From assembly GCA_003427395.1 (NCBI GenBank), contig BFEA01000019.1:2173169-2237168 (forward strand): a stretch of DNA of 64,000 nucleotides, in the 5' to 3' direction. The notes below the pieces were generated by a model. The model did no database searches. It saw only the letters and a list, made by a program, of their open reading frames with translations, and had not been told where the DNA came from. The stretch comes from Chara braunii. Its lineage: Eukaryota > Plantae > Charophyceae. Shown here piece after piece: positions 37,450-48,219 of this stretch. The position numbers and the translations under genes were made by a program. How positions within the stretch are numbered: the first letter of the stretch is position 1; every line of letters starts with the position of its first letter.

Positions 37450-40400
37450 ACTTACCGAACCAGAGTAAACGACGTTCTCGTCGCTCCGAAGGATTGAAAG
37501 TTGTCAATTTCATCATAAATCAAATGCTGATGAGAAAAGATCCAATCCGATTGGCCGCCTGACTCTGGTTCGAGGCATTTATCGATCAGTGTTAGACATA
37601 ACTATATGCTGCCAGGAGTTTAACTTGAGTCTCCTTTGTCCTTGCAATAAACATCAGTATACCGGCTGTGTACTACAACATTAGTTCATACATTTATAAA
37701 ACTTTCGATAGTGCTCTCCCCTTTTTCCTAGACAATGTCGGTTTCTTGTTGAATGTTTTGCTTTGGTCATCCTCCCGTGTACGAGATTATAATTTAGGAC
37801 GAGGACCCTAACCGAGACCTTTATAAGGCACTTTCATCTCTTTCACAGGATATCTGCAAAAATATAAGCCTTTATCACAAACTTCCCATGCAGTCTAGTA
37901 CAAAAGGGTCAGGTCTTCATCTTGCCCCACCGTAGTCTGGTTGATCAATCCAGATCTACAACTTGTCTCGTTGTTATTTTAGCGGCGGTACCTTCGTTGT
38001 TTGCGCAACAATAGGTCACTTTTCCTAATAAAACTTTTATCATGACTAAAATAAACAACAGATTCGACTCTTATCCCTCCGATATCCCGCATGAATAAAA
38101 CTTTATGAGGCGGGCAAACCCTTCAAGCCTTACCCCTTTGGTGAGACGTAGGCTCGTTTCCAAGTTTCACCGGTAAGCAACCAACACTAGTTGTTGCGCC
38201 CTGGTGATGCAAAAAAGAAAACTATTTTAGCTGAGTATCATTACGCATGTCTTAAGAATAACATGTGTCACAATAAACTCAAGCCTACCGCGAGACTACG
38301 CAAATTTTTTTTTCACTTAAGGCATTTACCAACTTCCTATCGGACAACATAAAAAACACATCATTTTCATAAAAAATAAAAATAAAAAAAATTCACCGCT
38401 TGATTCACAGGGTCGTGATCTCCCACTTGATCAAAGAAAGGTAGGTCACACATCTTAAAAACATCTTTAAAACATTTCACCATATTTTGTGACATTCCAA
38501 AATTTCAACAATAAATAACTATTATTTTGGTCCTTCTCGTGAGACTTTATCATTCAGACTGTTTTCCATGCCATTAAATATTTTAGCTACCTTCCACTTG
38601 GAGGGGGTCCACCATAGAGTCTTTCAACCATCCTCCCATTTGAGAATGAGTTACCCATAAAAAAACATTAAAACATTTTTCACTTGAAGATGAGTTCAAA
38701 AATCACTTTAACCACCTTCCATTTGAAGGGGCTCCAATCATAAATCACTCATCATTCAGAGACCGGTTTATGGGTCCTCATCACAGCTCAACTCAACTCA
38801 AACAATAAGGTTCGGCAATGACAAGTGTTTGAGTGTCAAAAGACTCGTAGATCTCTTGAGATTTTCACATGATTTCATCAGAAGAAACTGCAATCCCCCT
38901 TCTTATACTCGAGCCCATTGTCTGTCTGTACGACAGACTGTGCAAGTATATAGAAGAGTAGACAGTTTACACATTTCACACTCATAAAATGCACAAGATG
39001 CATCTTGTGCATTTCTTACAAAAAAATCATCATACACTGGTTTATGTCCACACATGTGAGAGTGATTGTGATCACCATACACATATAAATAGTTTTAAGA
39101 TCTCAAAGTACACTCCGAGTTGAGATATCTCTACTCAAAAATTTGTAACTAACGATAATTTCAACCCACATATGTACTAAAGTGGAACAACTCATCTCAA
39201 AATTTTGAACAGGGTAGTCATATTGTCATATAAACTCCGTGTCATCTTGATATCACACACAGGAGTCTCAACCCCAATAACAGAAGGAATCCCCAGATGA
39301 TGATCTCAATCTACCAGCTAAACTATACTAACTCACATGCCATATGAAAGTAATCCAAAACATAAATGCATTCCATTCTTACAAAAGAAGCACGACGGAT
39401 CAACATTCTGAACTTCTTTTTCGAGTGTGTGAGGTGGATGACGAGGGAAGCTCGACTGCCTCACTGGTGGTCTTTTGCAACTCAAGTCCAGATATATATC
39501 CTCCAGAACCACATCCCATGGCCCAAGATCCCAATTTACCCCTCAACGCACCAATCTCTAGCATATACTCAAGGGTATTCAATCTTCGAGGCCTCTTTTG
39601 TGGCGCGTCCACCTCCAAAGCAGCCACTAACTCATCCAAACAATATATTTTTTTTTTTTTTTCCTCTCCACTTTCATGTTGTGCAGATAACTCCGCCAAT
39701 CTATGCTTAACTCCCTGCACTTCCAATAAGATCTCGAGAGACTCCTCAGTCGACTCATGCATGACCTCCTCAACTGATAGGGGCTTAGGTACCTGAGCAG
39801 GCTTCACTGTGATGACCTCCTGTGATAAGTGGGTCCTCTGCTGAGATGCTAACTATATGGGTGCCCTGAACTTGAAGCTCCCCTCTCCAACCTTTCTCTT
39901 CGCCCCTGCCTCGATAGGGTCCATTATCACTAACATCAGAAAATGAGCCAGGTCCTTTTTCTAGTGGATGAACCTGGCCAGTTGAGCTGTGTAGGGATGA
40001 TAGATGCCCTTGATCTCATTTGGAGATCAATGGCTCAGCTTGAGGCCAAATTTTTGGCTGAGGGCTCAGACCGCTACCACCACCACACTCCACTATATAA
40101 GTAGCCTATTGCCCCAAGCTGCCTCAAACCTGTGAGGGTGTTATGCTCTTTATTTGCTAGGAAGCAAATGTTGCATCTGTTGAGGGGAGAGGCTGCTGAA
40201 GTTTGACAAGAAGAGAGGTGTTGAAGGAGATGGTGGTCTGCAAGTGTTGGGGGAGAAGGTAGTTTGCAAATGAGGGGGAAATGTGATTGGGATAAGTGGT
40301 GGTCTGCAAGCTAAGTAGAGGGGAGGTGCTCCTGGAGTGGAAAGTGGTTTGCATGGTGAAATGAGGGGAAGGTGCTTCCCAACTCCATAGGGGACTCCAT

Positions 40401-40961
40401 GGTGAAAGGGGGGAAGTGTTGTCGAAACTTTGAGTGATCGGCAAGGTGTCCGAAGGTGGTGAAGAAGGTAGCTATGGTGGAGGTGTAAGTGATCAGCAAG
40501 TAAGTGGGAGTAAGAGAGGTGGTGAAAGGACGACACTCCACGACCGTAGCTGGGTACTCCCCGACCATAGCCGCACGTCGGCAGCCATAGCCCACAAGCG
40601 GTTAACGGGTAACTGAAAATTCAGGAATGAAAATTCTGAAGTGAGAGTTTTGGGCAGTCTGAAAATCCTGAATGGTCCTGAAGTTGTGAAAGGTCCGAAG
40701 ACCCTGAAAACCACCTGTTTAGGCCGGTTGCATCCTGAAGTGGTGAAGTGAGAGTTTTGGGCAGTCTAAAAAATCTTGAATGGTCCTGAAGTGGTGAAAG
40801 GTCCGAAGACCCTGAAATGACGGCCCTATGCTGGTAAGTATACCTCTAAACTGTTGGAATACAGGCCTGAGTTCGGAGGCCGATGGGACTAGACGGGTGG
40901 AGTACTGCAACACCGACTTATTCGGGGCTCGACTACTCCGACGACGGTATCTCAAGGCCGC

Positions 40962-41062
40962 TGTCGGGCGCATCGGTCCGGCACCGCACGGGGGCAGCGA
41001 GGGACCCTCCCGGCCGCGTCACGCAGGAGTTGGTTTTCATAACCCTTCGTCGCAATATACAT
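40962..41062. mobile_element. LTR terminus of the same family as the 51021-53381 solo LTR; runs into a gap
   Basis: TGTCGGGCGCATCGG...GAGGGACCCTCCCGGCCGCGTCACGCAGGAGTT matches the reverse complement of the 53381 end. Confidence 0.75.
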
Positions 41063-42259
41063 NNNNNNNNNNNNNNNNNNNNNNNNNNNNNNNNNNNNNN
41101 NNNNNNNNNNNNNNNNNNNNNNNNNNNNNNNNNNNNNNNNNNNNNNNNNNNNNNNNNNNNNNNNNNNNNNNNNNNNNNNNNNNNNNNNNNNNNNNNNNNN
41201 NNNNNNNNNNNNNNNNNNNNNNNNNNNNNNNNNNNNNNNNNNNNNNNNNNNNNNNNNNNNNNNNNNNNNNNNNNNNNNNNNNNNNNNNNNNNNNNNNNNN
41301 NNNNNNNNNNNNNNNNNNNNNNNNNNNNNNNNNNNNNNNNNNNNNNNNNNNNNNNNNNNNNNNNNNNNNNNNNNNNNNNNNNNNNNNNNNNNNNNNNNNN
41401 NNNNNNNNNNNNNNNNNNNNNNNNNNNNNNNNNNNNNNNNNNNNNNNNNNNNNNNNNNNNNNNNNNNNNNNNNNNNNNNNNNNNNNNNNNNNNNNNNNNN
41501 NNNNNNNNNNNNNNNNNNNNNNNNNNNNNNNNNNNNNNNNNNNNNNNNNNNNNNNNNNNNNNNNNNNNNNNNNNNNNNNNNNNNNNNNNNNNNNNNNNNN
41601 NNNNNNNNNNNNNNNNNNNNNNNNNNNNNNNNNNNNNNNNNNNNNNNNNNNNNNNNNNNNNNNNNNNNNNNNNNNNNNNNNNNNNNNNNNNNNNNNNNNN
41701 NNNNNNNNNNNNNNNNNNNNNNNNNNNNNNNNNNNNNNNNNNNNNNNNNNNNNNNNNNNNNNNNNNNNNNNNNNNNNNNNNNNNNNNNNNNNNNNNNNNN
41801 NNNNNNNNNNNNNNNNNNNNNNNNNNNNNNNNNNNNNNNNNNNNNNNNNNNNNNNNNNNNNNNNNNNNNNNNNNNNNNNNNNNNNNNNNNNNNNNNNNNN
41901 NNNNNNNNNNNNNNNNNNNNNNNNNNNNNNNNNNNNNNNNNNNNNNNNNNNNNNNNNNNNNNNNNNNNNNNNNNNNNNNNNNNNNNNNNNNNNNNNNNNN
42001 NNNNNNNNNNNNNNNNNNNNNNNNNNNNNNNNGACTTAGGTCTAGCTTATAAGAAAATTTTGAGTGAGGATGTGTCATGGAGTTGTGTTCTCCATACACT
42101 TATGATCGTAGCTTGGGGGTTAACCTGTCGTGTGTTGCAGGTCTTCTTGATCATTTGATTCAAGTTCAGGACTAGATTCAGCTTGATCCCTTGAGGATCA
42201 CCTTCTGTTATCACTGATAACGGTGGATCGTCTGAATCACCTATCAAAATATAATCTAT

Positions 42260-43270
42260 CTAAACTAGGAAAATTTTGGCAGCGCTTCCCGTAGGAAAAG
42301 TGTCTTTTCATAATTTATATAAGCCCAGATATGGGAGCAGAAATAATCTCTAACTCCTAGAAAGTCAAATTTTGTCTAACTCTCTGAATTAGTAGAAATT
42401 TGGGCAGCACTCCCTCTAGAAAGGGAGGCTTCCCAGATTTATACTAAGTCAGATANNNNNNNNNNNNNNNNNNNNNNNNNNNNNNNNNNNNNNNNNNNNN
42501 NNNNNNNNNNNNNNNNNNNNNNNNNNNNNNNNNNNNNNNNNNNNNNNNNNNNNNNNNNNNNNNNNNNNNNNNNNNNNNNNNNNNNNNNNNNNNNNNNNNN
42601 NNNNNNNNNNNNNNNNNNNNNNNNNNNNNNNNNNNNNNNNNNNNNNNNNNNNNNNNNNNNNNNNNNNNNNNNNNNNNNNNNNNNNNNNNNNNNNNNNNNN
42701 NNNNNNNNNNNNNNNNNNNNNNNNNNNNNNNNNNNNNNNNNNNNNNNNNNNNNNNNNNNNNNNNNNAGATATGAAAGCAGAATTAATCTCTAACTCTGGA
42801 AAGTCAAGTTCTGTCTAACCCTCTGAATTAGTAGAAATTTGGGCAGCACTCCCTTTACCCTTTAGAAAGGGAGACTTCCCAGATTTCTACTAAGTCAGAT
42901 ACGAACTCGAACAACAGCTTGAGCTCAACTTTTAGACTGAATTTAACTAACTCCTTAATTTTGCAGAAATTTCGGCAGCACTCCCTCTAGAAAAGTGCTA
43001 TTCCAAAATTTATACAAGGCTAAGTTCAGAATTTTGAGAATAACTTTGATTTCTCAAAGTCCAATTTTGTCTAACTCCCTGAATTAGTAAACATTTGGGC
43101 AGCACTCCCTATAGAAAAGGAGACTTTCCAGATTTATACTAATCCATATATAGAAAAGACAAGCTGAACTCTGACAAGTCAAAAGTTGACTAACTTCTTG
43201 ATTTGTAGAAATTTCGGCAGCGCTTCCCGTAAGAAAAGTAGCTTGCCAAGATTTATACAAAGCCAAGAAT
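42260..43270. repeat. Array of ~120-bp units, each with a ~75-nt hairpin (cassette A, array 1)
   Basis: Six visible units plus an N gap, e.g. TCTGAATTAGTAGAAATTTGGGCAGCACTCCCTCTAGAAAGGGAGGCTTCCCAGATTTATACTAAGTCAGA. Confidence 0.85.
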
Positions 43271-43549
43271 AAAAAAAGATCTCAGAAAATGCAGGAATTG
43301 ACCTAAGTAAAAAAAACGTTATCATAGAAAAAATAGGAATTGACACTAACTCCTATGACTCTAGCACGTGGCGAGCAACTACAGCAACTACCTATAGTAA
43401 TGAAACATAAACAAACTAGCCATCCCATTCAGTCACATGCAAACCAAACCACCAATGTAAGTACTCTCACCACCCCAAGTTTATTCCATATAGATAGTTC
43501 ATGAATCTTCAAGTTCTTGATCCTCATACCCATCTTACATAAGACATAG

Positions 43550-44239
43550 AGCTGGACCATTCGCCATGGAAACAATGTCCAGCTTGTCTTCATGATATAC
43601 ACGAACAGGTTGCACAACTACTTCTCTCTTCTTTTGGGAAGATGACTAGGTCATTCGCCATGGAAACAATGCCTATCCGCCCTGAGCTGTTTAATATCCA
43701 AGGATTTAGTATTTCTCTGACTTTGTTTTCAAAAAGAAAAAGCAAATATGGGCAGGGGACTGAACTATTCACAATAGAAACAATGTTCAGCTTGCCCAAA
43801 CTATTTCCATTTATACTTTGTATTTCCCTTTTTCTCTTCTTAATCATATGGCTTAACGCTGGATCATTCACAGTAGAAACAATGCCCAACTGCCAGTTCA
43901 CATGCAAATATACATAAAATACTTCCCCTTTATACTCAGTTTAACTTATGTGTGTGGTTTTCAGGCTAAACCATTCACCATGGAAGCAATGCTTAGCCTT
44001 AGACCAGAAATCCTCCCTCAGAATAAACAAGAACTTAAACTCCTTCAGTCAGGCAACCCCCCAGAGTTAACTAGAGCAACCAGGCCATTCACCATGGAAA
44101 CAATGCCTGGTTCCCAAAAAAACAACTAAATAAACACAGCAACCAGGCCATTCACCTTGGAAACAATGCCTGGTCCTTCAGAAAACAGTCAAATAAAACA
44201 CAGCCCTGAGCCATTCACCATGGAAACAATGCTCAGGCT
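43550..44239 (-). ncRNA. Array of 8 conserved-loop, variable-stem hairpins (cassette A, array 2); putative structured RNA
   Basis: Core YCATTCRCCATGGAAACAATG, closed by different complementary flanks in each copy. Strand inferred from A-C mismatches on plus that become G-U pairs on minus. Confidence 0.7.
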
Positions 44240-45708
44240 TTGGTTGACCCGGTCAAACGCATGCAGTCTACCTTCCTCCCATCTTCCCCCAGTTCATCCC
44301 TTCGTCTGCCTTTAATCAGAACAAAAATAGAAACTTAGGCTTCACTCTCACACATTCTTTCCAGTTAGTCTGATTAGTCCTGAAGAGAAAGCAAAAACCA
44401 TAGGGACAAACGCATGCATACAACAATCATACTGCAGGGAGATAGGCAAACATGGGTAGTAGTGGGGTTTATACAGATAAAGATGATTTACCTGAAGGTT
44501 CCCTGCCTCCAGAACCTCGCCTAGGTTCCGGCAGATCTCCCGCAATCGGTGGGTGGACTCCCCACAGAGTCTTGACGCGGACCTACGGGTTGCAATCCCG
44601 CCTGCCGCCTTCCCCTCGTAACCAAGGACTAGATAGATAGTTAGAAGGGCAGATAGAGAAGGATGTGAGTCTCTCAGATCCAAGAAAAAGGTGCTCTCAG
44701 TCTCGCAAGAGAGGGTATTGAAACCTTGATTCGCCTGAGGGCCCCGCAATGGCGGCCAAGATAGCAGCTCCGTCAGATCCAAAGTCAAATGACCTAACAC
44801 AATCCTCCCAGCGATCTCCCGGATCGCAGTGGTGATTCCCTTCCAACCGCCCCGCTCAAAGAATCCACGTCCAAACAACACATGCTCGCGCCTTTATACG
44901 GACTACCAACCAGGGGCAACAGCCTCAGCTGAGGACTTCGCTCAAAACAAAAATCCCCACGTTGTGCAATGGGCGCCCATCACCCGCAGTAAAAACACGC
45001 AGTGCGTCTCACCGCTCGTTAATACAACAAACGGTGCCCACAGTCCCTTGTGCAGGGATGACATCCACAACTTTTATCCCTNAACCATCGCACAAAGTGT
45101 GTTTTACTNAACTACCACCAAGTAAGCCCCCGAGTCACCTCAGCAACAGCAGTAGCATACACCTAGGATCGGTCGTCGCCCTGAGACCAGCCCCTGTGAC
45201 AGCGTACTGGGCTGCCCGCTTAAACTACAACAATCCCGTACTCCTGCTCAGCTAACTAGCTACCGCTAGTGAGCTCGTTTGCTCAGAACAGCTCACTCCC
45301 CCCCCTCCGTAGTGTCCCTTCACTCATGACCCCCCTCCGTCTCCCAACTTAATCGAACCTATGGCAAACCCGACAGCCGACGGACGAGTCGGTGGGTCTT
45401 CGAACCTCGTGGCTGGCCTTACACTGTTTCTCTGAAACAGGCAGAACCCCGATGAGTCTTCCACCATAACGAAGCCATGTGCACCGCCACTGTGTCGAGC
45501 CCGTTCAAAGTCTGAGAACGAACTCCTCGAGCCGGAGAAGACTGTGGAGGGGATATTGTAGCCAGTGCGAATAGTAATCAGCGGGAAAGGGCGCGGTATC
45601 TCGCTGAGCCTCACCCGAACGAGGGTAAAGACAACGATCTGGCGACCGTATCCGTAGGCTGAAAATGGACCCTTCGCCAAAATACGGTTAGGTGTATTAG
45701 CACCTCAT

Positions 45709-45759
<51 letters not shown>

Positions 45760-46846
45760 GAAGACCAAGCCCCATACGAACACGTACAACAAAGGAAAAT
45801 GGGAACGAATCTTCCGTTAAAACGCGAAAAGATTCGTCTTCACATTAAAGCTTCCCCCCCCCCCTGGCGCAACCTTTAGTAATGACTCTAACTAAACTAC
45901 TCACCTATAACTATAACTAACAATACCATAAAATTCGCAATAGATAAAGACCCCTATCTATAACTTTATTTCACCCGATTCCATAAGGAATCGAGTGAAA
46001 ACTCCACTTTCCATTCCCACCATATCTGTGCATGCACCCGATGCACCCTTTAGTCCAAGTTCACTCTTCCTTCTAACTCTAAATCTACTAACTCTTTTCC
46101 AAATCTACCTCCACCATCGGTTTCGCCTTACCAAGAAACCTCAGAATCGATTGTCCCCACGCCCATTTTCGTAGAGAGTCGAGTACACTATGAGTCTCAC
46201 CGCCTGCCATACGTCTGCCATAGCCATCACTCAGCGCAGCTCGTTCCTCACTAACCCGCTATCCTACGAACTTAACGCAAAAACTGACTTCACCATTATG
46301 TTCGCCCTCCTTCAAACCCCCAATCTCGACTCCTCTTCCACCTAACCCCGTCGTGAATCGCGCGAGCCATCCGTTTCATGTTGCGCCCTGGCTCGCCTCC
46401 CCGCCATTTTTACTTCCGAAAGTACTTGGCACGTTAACCCGTTCAGGTTCGTTTCGTTTTCCTCTGCTACCTGATCGTCGATGCCTCCTCCCGTCCGCTC
46501 CTAGCACTGCCGCGTTCCCACTGTAGCATCCTCCTCTCTCGATGTCTGCTCCGACCCGCTGTAGTTCCTCCCCCGTCTTCACCTCCGGGCGCACCTCGAC
46601 GCGATCCCGGGTCAGGTTCGTTCATTGCCCCGGTTTCCTACTAGCTCGTCTTTGCCAACCTCTTCACTGCACTCTCCTTTACTTAGCGCAGTCCGACGAC
46701 CAGCCGCCCATCATGCTAGCGCCTGCGCACCAGCCGTGCGCCAACCCAAACACTCCGATAGTGTTGGCTGACACCGACCGTCGGACGGTAGTCATGGAAA
46801 TTGAAATTCGCCAAGCAGTGCGTAGCAACTCACCTGCCCATCTCAT

Positions 46847-47010
46847 CTGAAGCATGCAACCTACGCTCCGCTGTCGGGGTGACTCCGATTCCTTTGACAA
46901 GTGGGCGGTCACCGGGCCTCCTGTAAAGCCGTAGCATCAACCTGGGCAAAACGGGTCCCAGCGCAGACCTTGGCGGTGGTAGCAAATATTCAAATGGAGA
47001 CTTTGAAGGC
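46847..47010 (+). pseudogene. Degenerate LSU (25S/28S) rDNA fragment
   Basis: GCGCAGACCTTGGCGGTGGTAGCAAATATTCAAATGGAGACTTTGAAGGCC resembles conserved LSU GTGCAGATCTTGGTGGTAGTAGCAAATATTCAAATGAGAACTTTGAAGGCC. Confidence 0.8.
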
Positions 47011-47400
47011 CTTCGCGTGAACAGCGGCCTGGGCTCTCCGGCTGCTGTCCTGGCGCCCCCTAGCCCCTGCTTAGGCATAGTTCACCGTCCATACGGATCC
47101 CAACAGGCTTGCTCACACTCAATCCTCTTGTCATAAGTCGCGGGCAATTAGGCTGGGCGCCCCTTTTGGCCCACGACACCTCGACTTCCTCCTCCACGTG
47201 GCCAGTCACCCATCAGCTCGCACGCCCGCTGAGCTCCTTGGCCCTTGTTTTGAGACGGGTGGGATAGAAGAATTTCGCCGGCATACCGAACGCACAGAAA
47301 CCCGTAGGCCAGTCAAAAGAGGGCGCGTGCTCAAGGTCCTCGACTGTCGGAACAGCCACTCAATCCGGCACCAAGTTTAAGCCAAATGGGCGTCGGGGCA
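47011..47400 (-). pseudogene. Degenerate LSU rDNA fragment, opposite orientation
   Basis: AGGCATAGTTCACC...TGCTCACACTC...CTCCTTGGCCCTTGTTTTGAGACGGG resembles reverse-complement LSU (AGGCATAGTTCACCATCTTTCGGGTCC...CTCCTTGGTCCGTGTTTCAAGACGGG). Right end approximate. Confidence 0.75.
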
Positions 47401-48021
47401 CATAAAAAAAATGTATATATTAATATTACGACGTAAAAATGATTCACTTAGAGAAAACGCCACCACCGATCGAACGCCGTCGATGGCAAAACCAAGGGGG
47501 ATAGCCCCACGGCCCTCAACCCCATCGGCTCCCTCCTCGATGCTCCACTGCTGCTGCGTCGGCGCTCGCCGGCCTCGATCCCCGAACCTTCGTAGTGTCA
47601 GTCCAATGCGCGGCTCCCAGTGTCCGCGCTGGCTTGCTTATACCATGCCATAATTGCCCCGCGCGCCATCCTACGACGTCCCGCTTACCACACGAAATCG
47701 CGCCGTTATTGCCGATACCGTCGTCGGGGTCGTTCTCCGCACGCGCGCTCGACTCGGTCAAATGTACCAATCAAAAGAAAATATCCTTAATTCCTGCTTA
47801 ATCAAAAATAAATAAATAATAATATCACTAAGCAAAACGACCGAGGTCCGGGCCGGCTTTACGATCAACAACAGAAAAGAATCACGCGCGCCTTAAACCT
47901 GCGCGTCCACGCACTCGCTATTGTGGTCAACCACCCTGTCAACGCAATTACAAACGCATTCATGTTTAGCGCAGTATACTTAAATTTTAAACCAAACAAT
48001 TTTCTGTTACTTGCAAAAACC

Positions 48022-48170
48022 AGGGCGGATACCCTTGTAAGGGTATTCGCACCGACAGCCTACCGGACCATATTAAGCGACGTCCCCGTCGCTTTGCCAA
48101 ATCAGAAAGCTATAAATCCATCCACATTCCAAATGCTGACGAAACAGGAGCCAATCCGATTAGCCGACAA
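48022..48170. mobile_element. LTR terminus (ends at 48057) plus adjacent internal sequence, homologous to 37415-37560
   Basis: GGGCGGATACCCTTGTAAGGGTATTCGCACCGACA, followed by ~110 bp homologous to 37450-37560. Confidence 0.7.
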
Positions 48171-48219
48171 ACACAGGGTAGAGGCCTCCATCAAACCATG
48201 CCTTCAACGAGATCTCTAC

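Noticed and set aside
39400-39807. Protein-coding gene (135 aa, charged/coiled-coil-like)
   Set aside because: No recognisable domain, contains a poly-A run and lies within probable LTR-element internal sequence; at most a decayed accessory ORF.
43550-44239. CRISPR array (conserved repeat with variable spacers)
   Set aside because: Spacing is irregular, flanks pair with each other around each repeat, the context is eukaryotic TE sequence and there are no cas genes.
44738-44760. tRNA primer-binding site (TGGCCGCCATTGCGGGG on minus strand)
   Set aside because: No adjacent LTR terminal CA and no confident tRNA match; the homologous site in cassette B lacks TGG.
46847-47400. Functional rRNA gene
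   Set aside because: Short, highly diverged and rearranged fragments.
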